A stretch of DNA of 64,000 nt from Bacteriovoracia bacterium (GTDB taxonomy: Bacteria > Bdellovibrionota > Bacteriovoracia > Bacteriovoracales > Bacteriovoracaceae): the NCBI GenBank assembly GCA_046570105.1, contig JBKHVI010000006.1:1-64000 (forward strand), read 5' to 3'. The translations under genes were made by a program, and so were the position numbers. Shown here one piece after another: positions 36,505-45,760 of this stretch. Numbering within the stretch: position 1 is the stretch's first letter; every line of letters starts with the position of its first letter. The notes under the pieces were generated by a model, which worked only from the letters and a program-made list of their open reading frames with translations, searched no databases and had not been told where the DNA came from.

Positions 36505-37743
36505 TTAGGGTGCGTGCTGGCCAAGCCAATCGTGAGCATATTTTTTTCCGGCCTCAACACCGGGCTGATTAAACGGATCTACTCCTAGAGTTATTCCGAC
36601 GGCGACAGTCAAGGACTCAAAGAAAAGAATGAGTTGGCCCAATGTATCAGCATTAAATTGTTGAAGACGTAGATCGAGTAAAGGACGGCCCTCTTCTTCT
36701 AGGGCCTTTAGTGTACCAGCATGCTCAGCTTTCATGAGTTCACTTAAAGTAAAAGGAGCAAGTGCTTCGAGATGAGGATATTTAAGAGAATTTTTAAGTG
36801 GCAGCGAATGTTCACTCTTTTCGATGCCCAGAAGCAGCATGGTTTTATCGGCAGGACCTTGCATGAAGAGCTGCATTTGCGAATGCTGATCGGTGGCACC
36901 GTAACTCATAACAGGAGTGAGGCCTTTGCCATCTTTACCAAGAGATTCCGCCCAAAGTTGCACCCACCAAGCCGTAAATTCTTTTAGGAGCGAGCTATAG
37001 GGCATGAGAACCGTCAGGGTACGGCCAGCTTTTCTTTGCTCTTCTAACCAAAATGTCATTTGTGTTAGAAGATTTTTCTCAGCTTGTGGTTCAAGCAGAT
37101 TCGCCTTCATCGCTTCCGCGCCATGAAGGAGTTGATCAACCGAAATGCCGGCCCAAGCGGCAGTAAATAATCCGACGTCAGTTAAAACACTAAAGCGCCC
37201 ACCAATCGAGGGGGGAACATCTAAGCATGAGAGTTGGTGATCACGAGCAAACTTTCTGAGATCTCCATTCTTGGGATCGGTGCAAACGACAATAAACTCT
37301 TTCCACTGAGCAGCCGTGACTTTATGTTTCTCTAGCCAGCTAAGAATGATTGAGAGAGCCGCCAAGGTTTCAGCAGTATTGCCTGACTTTGAAACGATAT
37401 AAAAGAATGTTTCGTTAATATCCCAATCGCGCTGTTGGCGCACCAACATATCGGTATCGATGTTATTAATAAATTGAACTCGTTTGTCGGCACTAACTCC
37501 CAAAGCTGAAAGCAGCATTTCAGGACCTAGGCTTGAACCACCAATACCAACATGAACCAAACGTCTCTTGTGAGCAAAACGACGGGCCGTTGTTTTAGCG
37601 GTAGTGGCAATCGCTCTGTCACTTGAGTGACGATAAAAACCAATATCCTCTCGATCGACTGTAGCCTTAAATTTCTTTAACAGCTCTTGATGAAAAGCTT
37701 GATTGGGTGTCAAAGCTGGAAAGGCATGGGCGAGCTTGATCAT
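36505..37743 (-). CDS. pgi: Glucose-6-phosphate isomerase
   Basis: GIGGSSLGP, SKSG.T.ET, GGRFSV, QLWAESLGK, DQHS..QL, PFNQPGVE.GK. Confidence 0.93.
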   Translation of the reverse strand: MIKLAHAFPALTPNQAFHQELLKKFKATVDREDIGFYRHSSDRAIATTAKTTARRFAHKRRLVHVGIGGSSLGPEMLLSALGVSADKRVQFINNIDTDMLVRQQRDWDINETFFYIVSKSGNTAETLAALSIILSWLEKHKVTAAQWKEFIVVCTDPKNGDLRKFARDHQLSCLDVPPSIGGRFSVLTDVGLFTAAWAGISVDQLLHGAEAMKANLLEPQAEKNLLTQMTFWLEEQRKAGRTLTVLMPYSSLLKEFTAWWVQLWAESLGKDGKGLTPVMSYGATDQHSQMQLFMQGPADKTMLLLGIEKSEHSLPLKNSLKYPHLEALAPFTLSELMKAEHAGTLKALEEEGRPLLDLRLQQFNADTLGQLILFFESLTVAVGITLGVDPFNQPGVEAGKKYAHDWLGQHAP

Positions 37744-38873
37744 GGGGCATACTCTTTTTTAAGTTGGCGTGCGATGACCATGCGTTGAATTTGGTTCGTT
37801 CCTTCAACAATCTGGAGAACTTTCGCATCTCGCATAAAGCGCTCGACTGGATACTCACTGGTATAACCAACGCCACCGTGGATTTGCACAGCATCGGTCG
37901 TCACCTTCATGGCCGTATCTGTTGCTTTGAGTTTGGCCATTGAGGAGAGTTTAACGGAACTCTGACCGATATCAACGAGGCGAGCGGCTTCTTGAACAAG
38001 CAGTCGTGAAGCTTCTACTTCAAGCGCCATATCCGAAAGCATGAATTGTAGACCTTGAAATTCAAAAATAGGCTGCTTAAATTGCACGCGCCCAAGCGCA
38101 TAACGTGTGGCCTCATCAAGCGCTCTTTGCGCGCAACCCACACCAATCGCACCAATCGCGATTCGTCCACGATCTAAACCTCCCATCGCCACTTTAAAAC
38201 CTTCACCTTCAGTGAGTAGCAGATTCTCTTTTGGGATGAGGCAATTTTCAAAAACCAGTTCGCGAGTCGGAGAAGCTTTCCAACCCATTTTCTTTTCAGC
38301 TTTACCGTAAGTGAAACCTGGTGTGCCATCACGAACGATAAAAGCTGAGACACCTTTGGCGCCTTCAGCTCCTGTGCGTGCCATCACGATATAAGTTTTG
38401 GCGACACCCGCTGAGGTGATCCACATTTTCGTACCGTTTAAGACATAACCATCAGCGGTGGCTTTTGCGGTACACTTCATTGAAGCTGCATCTGAGCCAG
38501 AGTGAGATTCAGAAAGAGCAAAAGCTCCGATCTCAGTACCAGCCGTTAACGCCGGAAGATATTTTTTCTTTTGTTCAGTGTTGCCGTAATCTTTTAAAAT
38601 CGATTGCACCATGCTGGAGACTGAAACTGTCACAGCATAAGCGACAGAGTACTGCGCGATGGTATCAAGACAGGCGACATAATCTTGAAAGGAGAGACCG
38701 GCCCCGCCAAACTCCTCAGGTTGTGTGATTCCCGTGTAACCTTGTTCACCTAACCCCTGGAAGATTTCCATGCGAAAGCGCGCTTCCTCATCATCGTGCT
38801 CCATATGAGGTTCGATGTGAGTTGAACACCACTTGGCCAAATTCGTTTGTAACTCTTTTCGAAGATCAGTCAT
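37740..38873 (-). CDS. Acyl-CoA dehydrogenase
   Basis: ALSE..SGSDA, KKMG...SPT, RDAK..QIVEGTNQIQR. Confidence 0.92.
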   Translation of the reverse strand: MTDLRKELQTNLAKWCSTHIEPHMEHDDEEARFRMEIFQGLGEQGYTGITQPEEFGGAGLSFQDYVACLDTIAQYSVAYAVTVSVSSMVQSILKDYGNTEQKKKYLPALTAGTEIGAFALSESHSGSDAASMKCTAKATADGYVLNGTKMWITSAGVAKTYIVMARTGAEGAKGVSAFIVRDGTPGFTYGKAEKKMGWKASPTRELVFENCLIPKENLLLTEGEGFKVAMGGLDRGRIAIGAIGVGCAQRALDEATRYALGRVQFKQPIFEFQGLQFMLSDMALEVEASRLLVQEAARLVDIGQSSVKLSSMAKLKATDTAMKVTTDAVQIHGGVGYTSEYPVERFMRDAKVLQIVEGTNQIQRMVIARQLKKEYAP

Positions 38874-38875
38874 GA

Positions 38876-40021
38876 CTAATCCTTAAGTGCATCTTGGAGT
38901 AAGTTTTTAGCGATGATCATAATCATGACTTCGTTAGTGCCGGCCCCAATTTCCATCAATTTGTTATCACGCATGAGTCGCTCAAGTGGAAACTCGCGAG
39001 AGTAGCCATAGCCACCATGAAGCTGAATGGCGTCGAGTGCAATTTTTGTCGCCATCTTCGGCAATTGCAATTTCACCATAGAAGCGAGTTGGTTTGACTT
39101 GTGGCCATGATCGTACTCGTAACAAACAGTGTAGAGTAGGCGGCGCATAGTTTCAGTTTCGGTCGCCATTTCGGCGATCATCTTTTGAATCATTTGGAAA
39201 TGCGCAAGATTTTTGCCAAATTGTTTTCTCTCGCCAGCATACTTCACACACTGATCGACACAGGCCTGGGCAATACCAAGAGAAATACCTGCGATAGTGA
39301 TGCGTTCAAGTTCCAAGTTCTTCATCATGTGAATGACAGAGTCACCTTCAGCACCCACACGAGCACTCAAAGGAACTTTACAGTTTTGGAAAGCGAGCTC
39401 TGCTGTAGGAGAGGTGCGCATTCCCATTTTATGAATTTCTTTAGAAACCGAAAAACCAGGCGCGGTTTTCTCAACGATAAAAGTGGTGAGATCTTTTTTG
39501 CCAGCCCCTGTGCGGGTATAGAGGTATGTCACGTCGGCCATATTGCCGTTGGTGATCCACATTTTTGAACCGTTGATGATGTAATGATCACCCGTTTTGA
39601 CAGCTTTAGTTTGCATGCCGACCGCATCTGAACCAAAACCGGGCTCTGACATGCCCATACAACCGATGTGCTCGCCACTGATGAGTTTAGGCAAGTACTG
39701 CGCTTTGTGTTCTTCTGAAGCATTTTTGTCGATGTTGTTAACGCATAAGATGCTGTGGGCCAAATAGGAGAGTGTGGTGCCGGGGTCGGCCTTGCCAAAT
39801 TCTTCCATGACAATCGTAGCTGCCGTTGCACCTAGGCCTGCGCCTCCGTATTCCGGATCCGCTGTGATGCCGAGTACTCCTAAATCGCCCATGCCTTTAA
39901 AAGCTTTGAGATTAAATTTTTCTTCTGTGTCGAGCTTTTCAGCTACCGGTGCAATTTCCGCGCGCGCAAAGTCGCGACAGGTTTTTTGTAACTCACGTTC
40001 TTCAGAGGTGAAAAACCACAT
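38876..40021 (-). CDS. Isovaleryl-CoA dehydrogenase-like acyl-CoA dehydrogenase
   Basis: LSYLAHS.LCVN, MSEP..GSD, L.LER, and EIGAGT in place of IYEGT, as in IVD. Confidence 0.85.
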   Translation of the reverse strand: MWFFTSEERELQKTCRDFARAEIAPVAEKLDTEEKFNLKAFKGMGDLGVLGITADPEYGGAGLGATAATIVMEEFGKADPGTTLSYLAHSILCVNNIDKNASEEHKAQYLPKLISGEHIGCMGMSEPGFGSDAVGMQTKAVKTGDHYIINGSKMWITNGNMADVTYLYTRTGAGKKDLTTFIVEKTAPGFSVSKEIHKMGMRTSPTAELAFQNCKVPLSARVGAEGDSVIHMMKNLELERITIAGISLGIAQACVDQCVKYAGERKQFGKNLAHFQMIQKMIAEMATETETMRRLLYTVCYEYDHGHKSNQLASMVKLQLPKMATKIALDAIQLHGGYGYSREFPLERLMRDNKLMEIGAGTNEVMIMIIAKNLLQDALKD

Positions 40022-40159
40022 AAGCTAAGATCCTTATCTAGGGGAATGAGAGGCTAAAGCTTACAGGAAAAATCGGTCTTTGCAAAATGAACGCCTCGTG
40101 AATTTTGCTCCCCAGGCCGTAGAAGTGTAGACTAGAATATAACTATTAAGGGCGGCTAA

Positions 40160-41926
40160 TTGGACATTTCGTTAACTCCAGCAGAAATTAAAGAAACGGA
40201 AAATGTTTTCCCAGGGGAGAACTGGTTCTGTTATTGGCGCACGTCAGCGGCGTTATGGGAGTCAAAGCTGGCTTCACTTAACGCTCACGGGACGCCTATT
40301 TTCATTCCTATTTACTGGGGATTTCATTCGGAGAATTCGGAAACATTTGATTTTGGTGAACAAAAACCGGAAGCAGATCTAGGTCGTCTCCACAAGGCCA
40401 TACAGAAAGCTGGTTGTGACGCGATTTGGCTTATGCCATTGACGCCCGTTCCATTTATGCCCAATGGTGGTCTGCCATCTTTCATCGCGCGTCATCCTTC
40501 TCATGACGTCAATGGTATGACTCAAGCCTTCCTGGATACCGATGGCAGTATCAATAAAATCCATTCTTTTTATGACCCACGTGTCTATCAGGCCTTTCGC
40601 AAATGGGCGTGGCAGTTGGGACAAACATTAACGCAAAAAAGTGTGGCGGCTCCGATCAAGGGTTTGCGTGCGTACTGGGTCGGTCCTTTAGCAGCTCATT
40701 CTTACTTAGAAGATCATTCACCGACTTTTTTGGCGGGACTCACGCGCTATTTGAAACAACAGAAATTAGCTGTGCGCATGAATGATGATGGAATTGAAGT
40801 ACCTCATTTGCCACCAGCAGAAGAAAAAATACACACTGCTCGTTATCGTAAATTAATTGCTGATCTTTATTCACAAACAGCTTCTGAGTCTTTGGCGGGC
40901 CATTGGATTGGAGAGCAAGACTACGCTTTCTTAGGTGGCGCTCCTCAAGATATTTTTCCACGCTCATCGGAAGTTTGGAATCATCAGACAGAGCTCATGC
41001 AAGATTTGTGGACTCAGCTGGAATGGAATTTACTACCATCCAGCGTACTGCTTCCTTCGCGATCTAAGAAAGGTGTCATCAGTAAATTTTTAAAAGATCA
41101 TCTAACGCCTTCTTATCTACGACAAGCTCTTCAGCACCAAGTGGCCGAAGAGGAAGAAGCAGGTAATTTCTCTCCACTGGTTTTCTTTGACTTTTTTTGG
41201 GACGACGATTTGGCACAAGATGCTCCTCATCGTCTGAATGAGATAGGTCTCTTGCCTCATGTTGATAAAGAGTTTCATGGTTGTTGGCGATGGCGTGGCC
41301 GTTTCAACTACGATCGCGAGACGGAAGAAGGCCATACTGAGCGTTTGAAGTTTTTCTTTGGTCAACAGATGGATCGCACACGCTTTCAACAAGTCTTGCG
41401 GCTATTTTTAAATGGTCAGCGGATCATTCTTGATCGCGCTGGGCTCGAGCCTGTACTTGAAAAGAAGTTACAAATTTTCATCACTGAGAATGAGTTAAAG
41501 ACACAAGATATTAACTTCCTCACTCAAATCTCGTTGATTCGTTTGGGTGATGGAATGCTGATGATTTATGATAGCCGGGCCCTTGCGGAGCATCCGATTG
41601 CAAAAAAAGTGGGCTTCTGGGAGCACGTGACGAAGTATCTCAATCTTAAGCACCTCGTACTCAAAGGCGAAAATTCGTCATTTTATACTTGGAAAACCAG
41701 AACGACGGGAACCTACGAATTAAATTACAACGAAGTTCGACGTCTCTCGATTTATAATCCTACGCCTCATCGCATTCGCTGTCAGGTGCCTGGCTCTAAG
41801 TTATTTGCCTTCTTAAAAGTTGTTGATCCCATTCAGGCCCAGGCGAAAAGTACGCCGATGGGTGTAGAAATTGAAGTGATGACCCAAGGTTCGATTAGCC
41901 TCGACTTCGGTCACTTTGAAGGATGA
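40160..41926 (+). CDS. Hypothetical protein with a degenerate GH35/GH42-like N-terminus
   Basis: Long ORF with TTG start; IPIYWGFH......FDFG....DL.R...I...G..AIW......NGGLPSF resembles the GH35 beta-galactosidase N-terminus. Confidence 0.55.
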   Translation: MDISLTPAEIKETENVFPGENWFCYWRTSAALWESKLASLNAHGTPIFIPIYWGFHSENSETFDFGEQKPEADLGRLHKAIQKAGCDAIWLMPLTPVPFMPNGGLPSFIARHPSHDVNGMTQAFLDTDGSINKIHSFYDPRVYQAFRKWAWQLGQTLTQKSVAAPIKGLRAYWVGPLAAHSYLEDHSPTFLAGLTRYLKQQKLAVRMNDDGIEVPHLPPAEEKIHTARYRKLIADLYSQTASESLAGHWIGEQDYAFLGGAPQDIFPRSSEVWNHQTELMQDLWTQLEWNLLPSSVLLPSRSKKGVISKFLKDHLTPSYLRQALQHQVAEEEEAGNFSPLVFFDFFWDDDLAQDAPHRLNEIGLLPHVDKEFHGCWRWRGRFNYDRETEEGHTERLKFFFGQQMDRTRFQQVLRLFLNGQRIILDRAGLEPVLEKKLQIFITENELKTQDINFLTQISLIRLGDGMLMIYDSRALAEHPIAKKVGFWEHVTKYLNLKHLVLKGENSSFYTWKTRTTGTYELNYNEVRRLSIYNPTPHRIRCQVPGSKLFAFLKVVDPIQAQAKSTPMGVEIEVMTQGSISLDFGHFEG

Positions 41927-42351
41927 GTATGAAGGAAGGATTAGCACTTAATCTGATTTATAAGTTTGGCCACGACGTCAGCAGTGAGTTTCCTGATTTG
42001 GCCGGCCGCTACAGTGTTATTTATTTTTTCTCGGAAGCAGGTCCCGTTGCCCATGAAATTCAAGATGAAGTGGCGCAGAAAATTTTTGGCAAAAGTGTTG
42101 GGCAGCCACCGATGTTTTCTTCCCTCGATGATCTCAAGGATTTTGCCATGTCGGTCACGCAGGCGCTCAAGGCCCCTGAGGTTTTTATTCTTTCAGTGCA
42201 GGACTATAACGTGGGAGTAGAAGCGACTCGTGATGTACGAGCATTTCGTGAGCTCTATCGTCGCTATGGTTTGAACCTAGCGAACCCCGATATTATTAAT
42301 CGGGGTCCAGGTCTATTTGGAAAATTCTTTAATTCGAATCGTAAAGGTTAG
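41923..42351 (+). CDS. Hypothetical protein
   Basis: ATGA overlap with the upstream gene. Confidence 0.65.
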   Translation: MSMKEGLALNLIYKFGHDVSSEFPDLAGRYSVIYFFSEAGPVAHEIQDEVAQKIFGKSVGQPPMFSSLDDLKDFAMSVTQALKAPEVFILSVQDYNVGVEATRDVRAFRELYRRYGLNLANPDIINRGPGLFGKFFNSNRKG

Positions 42352-42755
42352 TGAATCTCACTACCGTCTACCGTCTCATCTTCTGAGATAGTTGTGCGAT
42401 TGCCACAAAACCAAAATGTTATGGGTGACTGATTTGACCAGTAGGCGACTTCAGGTTTTTTACGAGCATTCGTGACGTAACGAACGAAACTCTCATCACC
42501 GCCATCAGTAATGCCCACTTCGTAACCAGTGATGGCACCATTGCGGTAGCGCGCAGTAACGGATTCAATTTCAACAGGAAAACTGGGCATCAAAGACTCA
42601 CGGTAGTGAGAGAGGATGAGGCCAAACTGACGGTAAGTCGCTGAAGTGATTTCGAGAGATTTTTTTCCAGGACCCAAGGCCTTTCTGACGTTCTTTGGAC
42701 AGGCTGCGATTACGCTCGTGCTTACGAGTAGGCACAGAAGGATAACAATCTTCAT
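42348..42755 (-). CDS. Secreted hypothetical protein
   Basis: Signal peptide; AAGGAG RBS. Confidence 0.6.
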   Translation of the reverse strand: MKIVILLCLLVSTSVIAACPKNVRKALGPGKKSLEITSATYRQFGLILSHYRESLMPSFPVEIESVTARYRNGAITGYEVGITDGGDESFVRYVTNARKKPEVAYWSNQSPITFWFCGNRTTISEDETVDGSEIH

Positions 42756-42872
42756 GGGATAAACTCCTTAAATAGTGTGAATAGGGAATATCGAGAAGCC
42801 GTTAACCTGTCTGCCTCTCCGGGTAATTATTCCATGCTGGACGGATGCAGTTCATGGGCCTATCTTGGGCCC

Positions 42873-43973
42873 ATGCTAGCCTCATTTTTTGACTTAACCT
42901 TAGCTGACCTCAACACGCTTTTAACTGAGCGTGGGTTGAATAAATTTGCCAGCTCACAAGTCTTTGATTGGGTTTATAAAAAGGGTGTGCGCGATCCTCA
43001 ACTGATGAGCAATATCAGTAAAGATACCCGCGAATGGTTAGCTTCCACGCTCGATTTTAGTTTGCCAAAAATTGTCTGGCAGGGTCTCTCTAAAGATGGC
43101 ACTCGTAAATTTTTGATTGGCTTTAGAGATCAACAAACGGTCGAAACCGTTGCCATTCCAGCGCGCGATCGACTCACTCTTTGTGTCTCATCACAAGTGG
43201 GCTGTGCCATTGGTTGTACTTTCTGTCATACCGCAACTCAGGGCCTCAAGCGTCATCTCAAACCTTCCGAAGTCGTAGGCCAGTTTCTCGCCGTTCAAGA
43301 GTGGTTAGCACAAAACGTTCACGTAGAAGAGAAGCTCACAAATATCGTTTATATGGGCCAAGGTGAACCGCTTCATAATTACGATAATATCAAGAAAGCC
43401 ACTGAGATTTTCCTCGAGCCCAAAGGCATGGGACTAGGTCAGCGCCGAATTACTCTCTCTACATCTGGACTGGTTCCAGCGATACAGAAACTCATCGATT
43501 TTCCACCAGTTAATATTGCCATCTCTTTGCATGCCGCTCACAACAATGTGCGCACAGAATTGATGCCCATTAACAAGGTCTATGATCTCGACAGATTGTT
43601 TGCTGCTATCAAAACGATTCCGCTCAAAGCGCATCGTCGTATTACTTACGAATATCTTTTGATTGATGGTCTCAACGACGGACCGGCCGATGTGGCAGGA
43701 CTCGTGGGCCTGTTGCCGAAAGGTGAGAGTAAAGTGAATCTCATTCCTTTCAATGAATATCCTGGCTCAAAATACAAAAGACCGTCTGAAAAGACGGTCT
43801 ATTGGTTTATGCAAGAATTAGAATCTCAAGGTGTCACTTGTACCGTTCGCACCACCAAAGGCACGGATATCTTGGCCGCCTGTGGGCAGCTCAAAAGTGC
43901 TTACGAAGACGGCTCCCTTAATTTGTGGGAGATTCCTCGTAGCGCCAGTACTTCATCGGCTGCTCTTCCTTAG
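42873..43973 (+). CDS. rlmN: 23S rRNA (A2503)/tRNA C2-methyltransferase RlmN
   Basis: CVSSQVGCAIGCTFCHT, MGQGEP, ISLHA, EY.LI..LND, VNLIPFN, AACGQL; start placed at MLASFF. Confidence 0.95.
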   Translation: MLASFFDLTLADLNTLLTERGLNKFASSQVFDWVYKKGVRDPQLMSNISKDTREWLASTLDFSLPKIVWQGLSKDGTRKFLIGFRDQQTVETVAIPARDRLTLCVSSQVGCAIGCTFCHTATQGLKRHLKPSEVVGQFLAVQEWLAQNVHVEEKLTNIVYMGQGEPLHNYDNIKKATEIFLEPKGMGLGQRRITLSTSGLVPAIQKLIDFPPVNIAISLHAAHNNVRTELMPINKVYDLDRLFAAIKTIPLKAHRRITYEYLLIDGLNDGPADVAGLVGLLPKGESKVNLIPFNEYPGSKYKRPSEKTVYWFMQELESQGVTCTVRTTKGTDILAACGQLKSAYEDGSLNLWEIPRSASTSSAALP

Positions 43974-44157
43974 GCTCACTCGCCATATCACGGTCAGCTT
44001 CTTCAGCTACACCACGTTGACGAACTTTTTGAGCACTCGGTTCTTCATGCTTTTGCTGAAGAGCATCGTCGATAGATTCGGCGACCACCGGATGCGCAGC
44101 ATAAGAAGCCGTGAACCAGATCAGACCTGCTAGTACCATCAAATTTTTCCAAATCAT
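43918..44157 (-). CDS. Small secreted protein
   Basis: Signal peptide (SYA-A), AAGGA RBS, sigma28-like motif upstream; 3' end overlaps rlmN. Confidence 0.5.
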   Translation of the reverse strand: MIWKNLMVLAGLIWFTASYAAHPVVAESIDDALQQKHEEPSAQKVRQRGVAEEADRDMASEPKEEQPMKYWRYEESPTN

Positions 44158-44194
44158 GGGAATTCCTTGGTTTACCCCATAGGGTCTATCTTAC

Positions 44195-44221
44195 TTATCG
44201 GTCGCTCCCTCAAAAGCTAAA
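44195..44221 (-). promoter_or_regulatory. Sigma28-like promoter (weak -35)
   Basis: Minus strand TTTA-N15-ACCGATAA. Confidence 0.35.
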
Positions 44222-44356
44222 ATCATGTTTATTTAAGGGGTTAGGCAGAAATGACAGAAGTTGTCATAGACTGTCAGGAAATACTTCGAGACAACCTGAA
44301 ATCATATAAGCCAAAATCACCCCTCATCATTAGAAAGCCTAATACTTCGAGGTTGC

Positions 44357-45682
44357 ATGCGTTTATCGCTAACGATCGCTTTGCTACTGATCTCCGGTTT
44401 GGCCGAAGCGGCTATCAAAAGCTACTTCAACAACCGTGAAGGCGTGAGCTACATGGATCCCTATCGCCAAGTCATGCGCTCAGGCGATGATCTCGAGGCC
44501 GTGATTTTGCAAGAAATCGAAGGCGCTCGTTCCACCATTTTTTTGGCCGTTCAAGAAATCCGTTTGCCTAACGTGGCAAAAAAACTGGTTGAGAAATATC
44601 GCCAGGGACTTGATGTTCGTATCGTTTTAGAAAATAGCTACAATCACAATGTGCTCGCTCAACCTGACGCTCCTGAGGGCGAAGATCCAGACTCACACGA
44701 CTCAACTCGTTTCCGCGATCTGGTGGCTCTCGTTGATATGAATAACGATGGCAAAATCACACGTGCAGAGATGCTTGAGCGTGACGCTGTTTTTATTCTT
44801 CAACAGGCCAAGCTTCCCATGATTGATGATACCGAAGATGGTTCGATTGGCTCAGGTCTGATGCACCATAAATTTATGGTGATCGATGGGAAACGTGTGC
44901 TTTTGAGTTCTGCGAATTTTACTCCTAGCTGTGTTCATGGAGATGTGCTGGCTGCGCGCTCACGTGGTAATGCTAATGGCCTGATGACTGTGGGCTCGGT
45001 TCCTTTGGCGAAAATTTTTGCTGAAGAATTTGATCATATGTGGTCGGCTCGCTTTGGCATGAAAAAACCATTCCGTGGTGCTCGCACCGTTTCAGTGGGT
45101 GGAAAAAAAATCACTGTGCAGTTCTCACCCTCAACACGCAACGTTGATTGGTCGATGACGACGAATGGTTTAATCGCTAAGACCTTAACAGCTGCTAAAA
45201 CTTCTATCGAGGCTTCGTTGTTTGTTTTCTCTGAACAAAAACTAGCTGATGCCATGAAGAAGGCCGCTCATCGTGCGGATATCGAAGTTCTGGTGGAACG
45301 TAAGTTTGCTTATCGTTCCTACAGCGAGGTGCTTGATCTTTTAGGTGTCGAGCTTCCTGATGCTCGTTGTGTCATTGAGCCAGGTAACGCGCCTTGGCGT
45401 CCTGCTATTGAAAAAGCCGGAGTTACCACACTCGCAAATGGAGATGTGTTGCATCACAAGTTTGGTGTGGTTGATCAACGTAAAGTCATCTTCGGCTCTC
45501 ATAATTGGTCTGATGCTGCTAATGCGATCAATGATGAATTCTTAGTTGTGGTCGATGATACTTCCACGGCCAGTGAGTTTTCGCTTGAGCATCAACGTTT
45601 GGCCAAGCGCGCACAGTGGGGTGTTACCACCCGAATTAACCAAGAAATTGAACGTATGTCTGAGTTCTGCTCTCCACTCTAA
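44357..45682 (+). CDS. Secreted phospholipase D-family protein/nuclease with two HKD motifs
   Basis: MHHKFMVID...SANFT and LHHKFGVVD...GSHNWS..A...NDE; signal peptide; EF-hand-like loop. Confidence 0.88.
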   Translation: MRLSLTIALLLISGLAEAAIKSYFNNREGVSYMDPYRQVMRSGDDLEAVILQEIEGARSTIFLAVQEIRLPNVAKKLVEKYRQGLDVRIVLENSYNHNVLAQPDAPEGEDPDSHDSTRFRDLVALVDMNNDGKITRAEMLERDAVFILQQAKLPMIDDTEDGSIGSGLMHHKFMVIDGKRVLLSSANFTPSCVHGDVLAARSRGNANGLMTVGSVPLAKIFAEEFDHMWSARFGMKKPFRGARTVSVGGKKITVQFSPSTRNVDWSMTTNGLIAKTLTAAKTSIEASLFVFSEQKLADAMKKAAHRADIEVLVERKFAYRSYSEVLDLLGVELPDARCVIEPGNAPWRPAIEKAGVTTLANGDVLHHKFGVVDQRKVIFGSHNWSDAANAINDEFLVVVDDTSTASEFSLEHQRLAKRAQWGVTTRINQEIERMSEFCSPL

Positions 45683-45760
45683 CTCGCTCCATTCGCTTTC
45701 CCTTTCATCTGCTTGGTGGTTATACTTAAGCATCTGAAAAAACTTAGCGGAGGAGTTTTT

